DNA of 64,000 nt from Chrysomallon squamiferum. Its lineage: Eukaryota; Animalia; Mollusca. The stretch's first letter is position 1; each line of letters starts with the position of its first letter. The stretch lies in NCBI GenBank assembly GCA_012295275.1, contig CM022672.1:9672001-9736000 (forward strand). The letters run 5' to 3'. Of the stretch, positions 30,989 through 44,184 are shown in pieces. The position numbers were made by a program, and so were the translations under genes. The notes under the pieces were generated by a model that was not told the DNA's origin, did not search any database, and worked only from the letters and a program-made list of their open reading frames with translations.

Positions 30989-31602
30989 GTTATTATCATC
31001 ATCATCATCGTGAGAAAATATAAATAAATAAATAAATACTTTCTTCAGTTTAACACAAGAAATGTCTTGTTATATATTTTTTTTTGATTCTATTGCATTA
31101 GATCCACTTTTCCATTTCACAATAATCACTTAAAAGACATTGATTATAATTTCACAGCTTTGTTACATACAAACTAAAAGCTCAATTGATGTTTCTGGTA
31201 TTTATGTACAGATATAAATGAATGTTCTACGTATGCTGCTAACTGTCATCCTCGTGCAACATGCATTAACACACCGGGAAGTTACAAGTGTAAATGCCAA
31301 GCTGGTTATACTGGAGATGGGCATTTTTGTTACAGTGAGTACATAACTTGAAAAAAAAGAAGAAGATTAAATTAAATTTAAAAAAGAAAAGAAAAGAAAA
31401 TATATTACTTTCATTTTCATACCTGTGAGTATAACATCAAGATAATACTTTAATTTGCAGATGAAAAATTGTTATTCTTGCAAATTTAATTAACGTAATA
31501 TATACATTCATAGTAAAATAATAATTATTATTATTCATATATTTATTTTAAAAAACCCAATTAAACCATGCAGTCACGTATATCTAAGCACATGAAGTGA
31601 TG

Positions 31603-31648
<46 letters not shown>

Positions 31649-32879
31649 TATTGATATTTAGTGTAAAAGGACATCATGAAAAACATTTGAGCATAAATTA
31701 AATTTCTTTTCAGGACTTGACATTGCTGAGTGTGTTCCTGGAAGACACGAATGTGACGTCCATGCTAGATGTGTACACACTATTGACGGTTATAAATGTA
31801 AATGTTATTCTGGCTACCAGGGTAATGGAATTTCCTGCACAGGTAAAGATATGTTATCTGAAACTGATTTGTATTCCTTTTTTGATTATGGAACTAAAAT
31901 ACAAATGCATATTCTATTTTTCATATCTAAACAGGCAGACAAACAGAACTGACAATTCAACAATATCAGATATATTAATTAATGAAATTCCAAAGATGAC
32001 TACTACTACTACTACTATTACTGTTATTATCATCATCATCGTCATTATCATCACCATCGTGAGTAAAAATAAATAAATAATCAAATAAATAAATAATTTC
32101 TTCAGTTTAACACAAGAAATGTCTTGTTATATTTTTGTTGATTCTATTGCATTAGATCCACTTTTCCATTTCACAATAATCACTTAAAAGACATTGATTT
32201 TAATTTCACAGCTTTGTTACATACAAACTAAAAGTTCAGTTGACGTTTCTGGTATTTATGTACAGATATAAATGAATGTTCTACGTATGCTGCTAACTGT
32301 CATCCTCGTGCAACATGCATTAACACACCGGGAAGTTACAAATGTAAATGCCAAGCTGGTTATACTGGAGATGGGCACTTTTGTTACAGTGAGTACATAA
32401 CTTAAATTTTTTTTAAATAAAATACACACGCATGCATGCACATGAGCTCATGAAAGTACACACACGCATATAAGTCTATTGGTATTTAGTGTAAATGACA
32501 TCATGAAAAGATTTTAGCATAAATTAAATTTATTTTCAGTTAATGACATTCATGAATGTTACTCGAACACCGAATTTTGATGTGAATGCTAGATGTATAA
32601 ATATCATAACACTATTTGATATACTGATGTCTTTAGAACTAATGGATGTATCAAAAAAATAATAAAACGCTGTTTCTTCCAGTAAGTAACTTTTTTTTAA
32701 ATGCTTTTCAGTTCTTGGAAATGTAATTCAAGATCGTTGTAGTGATGGAACCAGAACTTGTGATCAAAATGCCAAGTGTGTTGAAAAGTCAGGATTCTAC
32801 CAGTGTGTCTGCAATTCGGGATATGATGGTGATGGCTATAAATGTGTTGGTGGGTATCACGAATCAGATTAAGTAACTG

Positions 32880-32918
<39 letters not shown>

Positions 32919-33608
32919 GGATGTACATGCGGTAGACTCGCTATCTGTGCAGATCTTGTCTGATGTATTATCATTGAGCGGCTCATGTAAAGATCAACTT
33001 TAACGATGTATCAAATAGTACACATAAAAGAAACACTAGTCCCTTGAGTCTATATATCCATTGTGAATTTGTGTGACATAATGTAGCTGAATGTGCTACT
33101 CTAACTGGTTACGTAACAGATACTATGCAAGCAGAAACCTGCCAAATGAATGGCTGCTGAAATTTATCCATCTTCACATCAATCTATCTATATATGTGTT
33201 CGTATAATTTAAATATCTCCTTCATTCATTTTTGTTTCATTCTTTCATTTCCTTTATTTATTTAATTTGATTTTGTTTTGTTTGTTATATAATCTATATT
33301 TATATTATGTATTGTTATATGGATAGTCATTAGCTATTGTTTTCTTTGCAGAAAGGTCAGTGTGTCCAGATTACATTAGTCTTCATCCTACAGATGCAAG
33401 GAAGTTCTACAAGTACCAAGAAGGTCAAGGAAATGTCTTACTATTCTGTCAAAAGAATCTCATGTTTTGGCCTAGTCTCTGCACCTGTGTTCGGGGTAAA
33501 TGCCTATATATTTATTTTATTCACTTGATTGTTTGTTTTACATGTGAAATGGGAACAAATGAGGTATGAAATTGCACGAAATTGCATGAAATGAGAATTA
33601 CGTTAAAA

Positions 33609-33662
<54 letters not shown>

Positions 33663-33969
33663 ATATTTGTGAAGCACAAGATGGATTCACTTGGTCTAAA
33701 CATTTGAATTGCAGTAGTGACAAACATAATTGTTATGCTTATTTCAAATGTTCTGGTGGAAGATCTACATATGCCTAAATACATATATATTTATTTTGTT
33801 CACTTGATTGTTTGTTTTACATCTGAAATGGGACCAACAAAGATATGAAATTGCGTGAAATAAATGTTCAATGTTGCTGCAGTTAAATATTTTAGAATTT
33901 CGGAGAATTTACATCAAACGAAAGCTGTTGTTGTTCTTATTGTTGTTGTGGTTGTGGTTGTGGTTGTGG

Positions 33970-34007
<38 letters not shown>

Positions 34008-37000
34008 ATCTTTGTGATGCACAACCAGATGGGCACACTTGGTCTAAACATTTGGATTTCAGTAGTGACAAACGTAATTGTTATGCTTATTTGAAATGTT
34101 CTGGTGGAAGATCTACATATGCCTACTGCAATAATGGATACAGGTATGACGCGGAAGATAGATCTTGTGTTCCTGATTCTTCCTGTACTTACTCGGGACA
34201 ACTACGATTTGGTATGTGTTCATTTAACTCTAGATATTATGTTTGTTTCTTTTTGTTTCTATTTTTTTCCCCCTTCATTTGATTTCGTTTGATATATTTT
34301 TTATTTCGGTTATATTTTATTAATTAATTGATTAAGAAATTTCATGACTGCTACGATTGTTCAGTGGTTAGTAAATTGGGTTTATGACATCTGTCTCTAT
34401 CTACATAAAAAAGGGATCTAACAGAAATCAAATGGAAACATACATTAATAAAAATGTACATACACTCTTCTTCTTCAGAATTCAAATGGTGACTAGTTAA
34501 TTTTGCCTGCATTTATACTCACAAATGAAACAAAGTTATTGACTCTATGTTTCTCTGTTAGGCATATCTGCAAAGACTTTTAGAAAATGTTCCCATTCTG
34601 GAATCTTGAGTACATGTTAACATGTGAAAGATAATACACTGATTCACAAACCATTCTGTATAAAGGAAAACAAATTAGATGTCATTTACTACTGATGAGA
34701 TGAAATACTGATGATTATTTTATTATTTCAGATCCAGATGTGAAAGTCTGTGAAAACTGTCCAGGTAAGTTGTTTAAATTCTTAAGATTAATGCTTATAC
34801 TACTACATCACCTACCATTTGTATTACCACTTCTACAACAGTCACCATCATCACTACTACTACTAGTGTTACTGCTACAGTTATTACTACTACAACTAAT
34901 GATGAAGAAAACAAATAATAATAAAAGGAAATAAACAGTAATCATAATCATAACCAAAGAAAAATGTTTTAATCATTATTTCAATGAAAAAATTGTGAAT
35001 TATCTGCCAGTGCAAAGAAAATGATAAAGAAATCATTACAGATAAAACATACAAGCAGCTAATACATTATACATAGCGATGTAAGTTTTTGTATTCGTAA
35101 CTACATGTGTTTTTTTTCTTCAGATGTTCCATTGACAGGATGTGCACTAGACCCAAGAATATGTCATGTCAATGCCCAGTGCGTTATTGTCAACAATACT
35201 TTCACATGTCAGTGCAACACTGGCTATGAAGGTGATGGCACTAACTGTGTAGGTTTGTATCTCTCTGCACTTTACATAAATACCAACTGTATTACAAACA
35301 AAATGAAGTGTAAGAAAGACACTTTAAAATTTTGTAGTAATGTTATTTGTTGATTTTTCCAGTTCAAATTAATTTATATCTCTTTTGAATTTAATACAAA
35401 TCATTTTGTTTTTTTTATTTCTTGAATCATTGAAATAAAATAATTAAACAGAACAGAAATACACTGCAAAAAGGGGATACAAAAAAAAAAAAAAAAATTG
35501 AAAAGAAAAACATAATAATTTAAGATGAATTAACTTTTATTATTTCTATGGAAGCAGTAGAGTTTCAACTGTAATTAAAACAGATTGATTATTCAGTATA
35601 TCTGAGTATTTTATCTCTGGTTTTGAATGATCTGGATTTGGTAAAAACAATTATTGAAAGTCATACTCAGATTTCCAATCCAGTTTCTAATAAACTGTTG
35701 TTGTTGGTCTATATATATATATATATATTTAATAACTGCATTACTTTTGCCCCAAACACTATATATTTTAAAATGGTAAACTTTAAGTAACAATATCTAT
35801 TTTTTTATATTTTTATTATTTTTATTTTTGTTTTTTAGAGACATAATAATAAGAGAAAGAATGTTCTATATGCTAATTTTATTACTGCAAACGAAATAAA
35901 ATAATTTTCAGATGATATTATTCATTGATATGTTACTGGAATGTTCATTTAGATAGAGGTAAAATTTTTTTACTAAAACTCCAAAGTTTTTAAAACACTG
36001 ATTCATGGAATTAGCTGTTGATTTCTGTTCTTTTACTTTTTTCATTTATTTTTCATCATTATTATTATTATTATTATTTTTTTTTTTTAAGTTAACATTA
36101 GTTTCCAATCTATAATTATTTTTAAGGTGTAGCAAATGGATGTCAGTATGGAAAAGATAAATGTCATTACAATGCTGAGTGCATTCTGAAACCTCGAGGA
36201 TATGTTTGCCAGTGCAAAGACGGTTTTAAAGGAGACGGCTATGATTGCAGAAGTAAAAACAAAGTTTTCCATCCATTATCCCTTTTTAAAATTGTATTAA
36301 AACAAACTTACATTATTCATTATTCCAATTCAGTATTTTAATTATAACAAAAAAACACTGACAAACATTTTTATTCGTATATTTTGCATTATGTCTTATC
36401 ATTTCAATTCAATCTTTTAAATAACCAGAATAATTTGATATAATACTGAAAGAGATAATTACTGGAAATACTTGAAATTGTGATGTGCATATAGTATTGT
36501 TTACCAAATAAGTTTAATAGCCATAAATCAGATACTAAATTATTTATTCAATATTTTGGTATTTTTTAAGCAAACTCTTTTTTTTTATTCTTTTTTTTAT
36601 TTTTTGTCTGTTATTGTTGATGTTTTGTTGTTTTGGGTTTTTTCTTACCATTTGAATAATATATTAAGTACCATGGTAAAACAAAAGCTGCTTAGAATAT
36701 TCATAAAAGCCATCACATATTAACAGATAGACCAATTAAAATAATATCATAATCAGCTTACTTACTGATATCAATAAAAATAATTTAACATCCCCTGAAT
36801 TTTATTTGGAATTTTACTTACATCATTGTTTTCACAAAAATCACTTCAAAGATAATAATTTTAATTTCAAATGGCTTTGTTCTGTAATCCTTCGAAACTA
36901 AAAACTCAGGTGTTTTTCTGTACAGGCATATATTTAGATGAATGTTCTGTATAAAATCATACCTATGATGCTCAAGCAACATGCACTAATATATATGTAA

Positions 37001-40000
37001 ATTACAAGTGTAATTGCCAAGCTCATTAAGCTGGAGATGGGCATAGTTGTTAAAGTGGCAGAAAAATAAATTATTTAGCAACCAAATTTACTGTTTTATT
37101 ATTATTATTATTATATTCATCATCATCGTCATTAACTTATTTATTTATTTATTGTTAATTGTGTGATTCATTCATTTAAATTATGATAGATACACTTATA
37201 AATACCATGACAGTTTCAATGTAATACTTTTATTTTGTACTGCAGTTTTGTTTTTGTTGCTAACCCCCACCAAAAAGAACCCAAGAAAACCAACAGAAAA
37301 CAATAATAAGCAAAAAATAAAATAGTATTTAAATTTTAAATTAACTCAATATTTTTTTTCCTCTTTCTTTGTAGAAATTGATGTTGATGAATGTGCTGAA
37401 AATATACACGAATGTAGCCAGAATGCCAGATGTACAAACACTGTTGATGGTTACAACTGTACATGCAATTATGGTTATGAAGGAGATGGATATTCTTGCA
37501 GAAGTAAGTACATGCATTTCACTGTACACTTTCCATTAAATACATTTCAGAAAGATTTAGGATAACTACATTTTTTCTTACTTTCATTCAGAATATAATT
37601 TATTAATTAGAAAAAATATGGTATAGTAATAATAGTGATAATAATGATATTAAATGTCGCATAAAAATGTGAGTATATCATTACTCTGCTTTTACAATAT
37701 TCTGAAAATTCTAATCTAATGTTTTTCACATATTTTATTATTTACAAAATAAACTTGAGTTTACATTTATTTACTTATTTGTTTATTTATTTATTTTACA
37801 AATACCAATACAACATTATGCATATACAAACTCAGACACATAGAATAAGCATAAAGAATATTATCAAAACATTTTAGCATATTTTAAATTCATTTACAGA
37901 ATGGGACATTGATGAATGTGTTACTGGTAATCACAAGTGTGACGCCAATGCTAAGTGTATGAATACTTATGGTAGTTATAGTTGCGAATGCAATGTTGGC
38001 TACACCGGTGATGGATTTACCTGCACAGGTAAAGATATGTTATCAGAAAGCTGATTGTATTGTTCATTTGATAGAAATTAAAAAAAAAAAAAAATTAAAA
38101 AAATTAAAGTTATAAACTATTTTTGTCAAGTAAAAAATAATATTATTTTCATAGTTGTTTTTGTTGTTGATACTTTCTTCCATTTAGATTGCTTATCATT
38201 TTATCAAAATTACATTAATTTTAATTTTATTTTTATAATTCTTGAAAATAATCTGCTGTTAGTTTTCACCTGTATATTGTTACCATCTGTACTATATAAT
38301 TTCTGCTATATATATATATAATATTTATTTGTTTATTCAGAAACAGTATCATGTGCTTCTGATCCACAGAAATGTGGTCGCTATGCCTCTTGTGTTAGAA
38401 CAGAGAGTGGGGATTACAGGTGTCAGTGTTTTCCTGGTTATAAAGGAGATGGAGTTACCTGTACAAGTAGGTTATTACGGCTTATTTGTGTTTCCGTGTC
38501 TGTTAAAAAAAATACAGACTAGTATAATTTAGTATAATTTATTATTTATACAAAAGGCACATACTCTGAAACTCTAAATTATTTTGATGTCTGTTAGTGT
38601 TAATGGAAAAAAAAAAAATATATATATATATATATATATGTATTAGTTTATTTAGATTATTAAATAAAATACCAGTATTACTATCAGTAATATGCAATAT
38701 AGTAACTAATAGTAATTGCAGTAGTTGTATATATCACTGGCAAACCCAGTAAAAGCAAAATCAAAATAGACATTAAAATAATGTTTAGCTAAACCAGTTA
38801 ATAGTTAATTATTGTTTGAAGCTGATGGAGTTGTATCTTTTTTTTATAAATTTGTATTAGTATTGTTTGTTATATTTTTATATAATTATTTATATATTTA
38901 TTTGTTGTCATCTGTCATTTTGGTAATCCTGTAATTGCTGATGAGTCTGATCTCAAGAGCTTCAATTTGTCAAATAATGTTTGTCTCATCAAAACACACA
39001 TGGGTTTTAGACTTAACTAAATGTATTATCCCTTAATTCTTACTAACATCTATTTCAATAAGATCAATTTTTGAGGGGTTAGAATACATTTTCTAATTAA
39101 ATTCTTTATACTTGCTAGGTATTATTTTGATTGTTTTGAGCAATTCTACATAATTGTAACATAAGAACACAAATGGGGATGAAACATATGGGAGCAGATT
39201 CATAACTAAGTGCAATAAAACACACAAACACTAAACTTGCAAAAGCCAGCTAAATACAGGCACATGCTATGTTTGCTTTCATTACTGCAATAATTTGTGG
39301 CACCTTACTGGGTTTTTTTTTTGGGGTGGGTTTCATGTTTTTATTTTGTTGTTGTTTTTTTCCAAAATGTCAAAGACACTGAAGACCACATCAGTAATAA
39401 AAATAGATTTATTCACTGCTGAAGTGGAAAAACATCTATCACAATATAATCCAGAGAATACATCATACAAAATTCAAAAAAAAAAAAAAAACCTGGAAAC
39501 ATCTGTTAATAATGAAGAGACTGACCTTTGTATCTTATATTGTGGTTGTGGGTTACTATGAAATGGAAAGAAAAGAATGAAATCATTTTATTTATGTGGC
39601 ATTTCATTTGACAGATGTGTTCACTGTTTTTCATTTTTGCCTGTTATCAGTGTGTCACTGTTATTTTGTCTGGTCCTGACTACACAAAACTGGTGGCAAA
39701 TATATTCTTAAACTCTTTTCCATAACTATAAAACATTACTAAGAATGCACAACAAAATAATAATAATAATAATAACTACTTGCAAATGTGCCCAATACAT
39801 TTAGACAATTTTTTCATGTCATCATACATACACCCAAAAGTTCATAAAGCTGAGAATTCATATAAATATATATAATTATATGCAATTATATGTTTTTGAA
39901 GTTATAAACAATAATCATTTAATTAACAATGTAAATATATTCATGTAAAAATGGATCTCTCTGATGCATTCTTATAGAAAAAGTGCTTGACCCCTGTGCA

Positions 40001-42916
40001 AGTGGATATCATGATTGTCATCAATATGCAACATGCAGAAGTTATGATAATGGTCAGTACACGTGTACATGCAGAAACGGTTATGAAGGAGATGGATATA
40101 ACTGTGCAAGTAAGTAATATCAAATTACTTTTATTATGTCACATCTTTTTCATATTTTCAACATTATTTAAGCTCAGTTTCATAACCTCAATGCCACACA
40201 CTAAAAATATAAGCCATACTTGTAAAATTCACTGTGATTAGAAACAAAATGCTTTTATGAAACACTGATAAAAAAAAATAGTAATAATAAATTAATTAAT
40301 TAAATATTAGTTTATTTATTTATATTGTGTCATTGTTTTATCAAAATAATCCCTGCACTATAACATTATAGTACTTCAAGGTCCTGCAGAATGAAACTTG
40401 ATGGATTTGGTACATAACAATGTCACTTGAACTCAATTATGATTCGATTTACTAACCATTACATTTCTATTTTTAGATCCTTGGTGGAAGAACTGTTGAG
40501 AAAGACTGTGCTAACAATGTTGAAATAAAATAACATTAACTTACAATATTATCTAGTTACCTTCAACTATTTTCTTCAAATCACCATTTAAATGGACTTG
40601 TTAGAAAATTACTTGATGTTAATAAAAAGCATATTAATATACTGTTTCACAAATTTGCTATTTCATACAGTTTTCATTAAGCTAAAACATTATTCCTTTC
40701 ATTAGTTTCCAATCACAACTATTTTTTAGAAAGTGTCAGTGGAACAAACAAATGCCTGAATGGAGGATATAAATGTCATAACAATGCTGAGTGTGTTAAC
40801 ACACCTCAAGGATACATTTGCCAGTGCAAATATGGTTTTGAAGGAGACGGCTACGATTGCAAAAGTAAAAACAAATAAAATATCCCAAAATGTATCCCAT
40901 TTACCTGGAATTGGTAAAATTCTAACCAAACAAACTGAAAACATCTGGCATTACTAATCTGGTTGAATATATATTATTATTTCCATCCAATTTTAATTTT
41001 TCCAAAACTTGTAAAAACATAACCAAACAGAACAAAATCTTCCCCAATACTAATCCTGACTGAACATCCTGTATATTTCAATATTTTATACTCACCTTCC
41101 ACTTAACAACAAGTCTAATTAAAAACAAAACCTTTTAAACTGAAATTACTAATCTGATTTTGACCTCCAGTAAGTATTTTCCCCAATTTCACTGGTATCT
41201 GCAATTAATATAACTCTATCATAGTCACAAAGACTAAATGAGTAATAATATAATCACAAACATTCTTTATTATTCCATTCAATCATTTAATTTTAATAAA
41301 TCAATAAAAGATCTGTTACATTGTCTATTAATATTATCATTTCAGTTAATCTTTCAAATAAAAATATTTGTTTTAAGCTACAAATCACACGTAAGAAAAG
41401 GACTGTCATAAATGATGACTATAGACTGAATTTGCAATAACTTCATTTATATTAATTTAATTAAAATAATGATCTGATCAAACTTTATAATATTATCATC
41501 TGAAGACTATAATTATTACAACCTGTCTCAGTTTGCTGCTGTTGTTGCTTTGAATAGGTGTAATCATTCTCTTCATATCTTCTTTATGTCTGCAATTTCT
41601 GATTATGTGGCAATGTTCTATTACAATAAATATTGCTTAGGAAATGTATAACTGATTGTCTTAAAAGATCATAACTGTCTCAAATGTTTACATGTTCATT
41701 GTTGCAAAACCCAATGTTCTCTTAATCAGCAATTTTTCCCTTTTTAATAAAATAAAATTTACTTTGAGAACCAAAAACAACAGCCATTCAGAAAAGGACA
41801 GTGTTATTGTCAACAAGTACTCAAAACATACTATGATGATAATTATGTAATAAATACATTCAAGATAAACTTGGAAGTGGTAATCATACTACTGAGTGTT
41901 AATTAGTTTTGTGATATACATGTACAAATGAATATTTAATATACTTTCAGAAAGTTGCAAAAGTAAAAACAAACAAAGTATTCTCAAGTTTTATGTTTGA
42001 AACAAAATTAATTGTAATTGAACTGCAGGATGACTAAACAATAACAGCTAATAATTATCTAATGTAGGCCTACCAATTTGTCAAATTAAAAACAAAATAA
42101 TAAATAAACAAACAAATATAATAAAATATAACCTTCATGATAATGCTTCTTTAATGCATGCAAATATTTTTGCATCATGACAAAAAAATACTTGAAGCTC
42201 ATTTGGGGAGGGGTAATTACTGAGAGTAATATTCACTTCAACTGAATATTTACTAACTAGGATCTCTCAGTATACTAAAAGAAGGTTTACATTTAATACA
42301 GCATGTCAGACAGTATTTGTCCTGAATATTTAGGTCAAACAAAATTTTCCCCTCCAAATGAAATACAATTTGGTATCATTTTATTTCTAAAATTAGAAGA
42401 TAATAAAGATATTAATATGTAATAATTAAACTGAAAATTTTAAAGGCCGTCAGGATTAATTTTGTTTATTATTTTTATTCCGATCCAGCACACTAGATCA
42501 GTTATTAAAATCCTTTTATGTGACACAGACAAACTGGAAAGAAAATGCGATGAGCAAATAATATCTTTTGAATTACATCTATACTCCTATGTAAACTTTA
42601 TTAGATAATGTATTTGATACACAAATATTTTCAATGATATAACACAAGCTTATTAATAAGAAGAGAAACAAAATTATCATGCAATTTATTCTTCTCATTT
42701 CCATACTTAATTAACACTTTTTAGAAAAAAGTAATTTTTAATGGATGCTAGAGTTTGTCATTTTTATTTTATTTTTATAAAGCAATTAAATAAAATAACG
42801 ATTTAAAATAAAAGTTTCCTAACTCTCGCCATCCCCAAAACTACAAAAAATACTTTTTAGTGATTTTATTCTTGCCTTGACATTATCTGTTTATATATGA
42901 TTTGTTTATTTACTCA

Positions 42917-42947
<31 letters not shown>

Positions 42948-44153
42948 TCATACACTCATATACTCATATTTCACTATTATTTTCCCATTTAATTACTCAC
43001 CAGTTACAGGAAAAATATAAATGAAAAATCACAGATTTTCGGTATAATGGTCAAATTTCACTACTAGCAGAGGGTGGAGTATAAATATTACATGAAGAGA
43101 TGCAAAACATATTTAGGCTACGTTTTACAACAATATATTAATTTCGTTCGTTTTTGTTTTGTTTGTTGCTCTTTTTTATTTTATTTTTTTATTTGTCACA
43201 CTACTCTATAAACTTAGTATTCATATAATTCCAGTTTTAAGAGAAGCATTGTTATTTCTTTTATTTTATGTCTCATAAATATCTACAATAAAAATAAATT
43301 TTAATACAATGTGTGTTTCAAAAAACAAATATTATAATAATAATGAATTAGTGGATTAATAGCTAACTTGGAATATTTGTATATATATAATAAACAGGTA
43401 AAATCATATCTAAAAATCAAAGTCATGTCCTGTTTTCAATTTAACATATTTTTTGCCATTATTATTTTTGTTTAGTTTTGTTTTTGTTTATATATATTAT
43501 TTTTATTATTGTTGTTTCTTTGTCACACAACTCTATAAATCTAGAATTTATACAGTTCCAGTTTTAACATAAGTATTGTTATTTCTTCCATTATTTTTCT
43601 CATAAATCTCTAAAATTAAAAAAAAATGTTTAATACAAAGTATATATATATATATATAATAAAAGAATTAGCAATTAACCTCCTACCTCGAATATTCAAA
43701 TATTTACATATATAATAAACAGACAAAATTACATTTTAAAATCAAATTTCTGTCACATTTTCAATTTAACATTTATTTATTTATTTATTTATTATTATTT
43801 TTTTTTATGTATATAATTATATTCTACATCACTGCATTTGATTTTATATGATGAAACTCATTATCAAAATCTTGTTTATTGTTTCGGAAAATGCAGTTTG
43901 CCTTTTATTCTTTAGTATAGTTGTTTGATCCATACAAATTAATGTTTTCTGTACATGTATCGATGCAGATAAATGTTCTACATTAACTCACATGGCTGTA
44001 CAGCTCATGTGACATACATCAATACATATTTATTTATTTATTGTTCTTTGTGTAAATAATGCTTTTATGAAAATACTAAGATAGTTTCAGCAAAAGTATT
44101 TCATTTATACTGCAAACTTTATTTTGTTTCTGAAAAGAAATGTCATAAATCTA

Positions 44154-44184
<31 letters not shown>

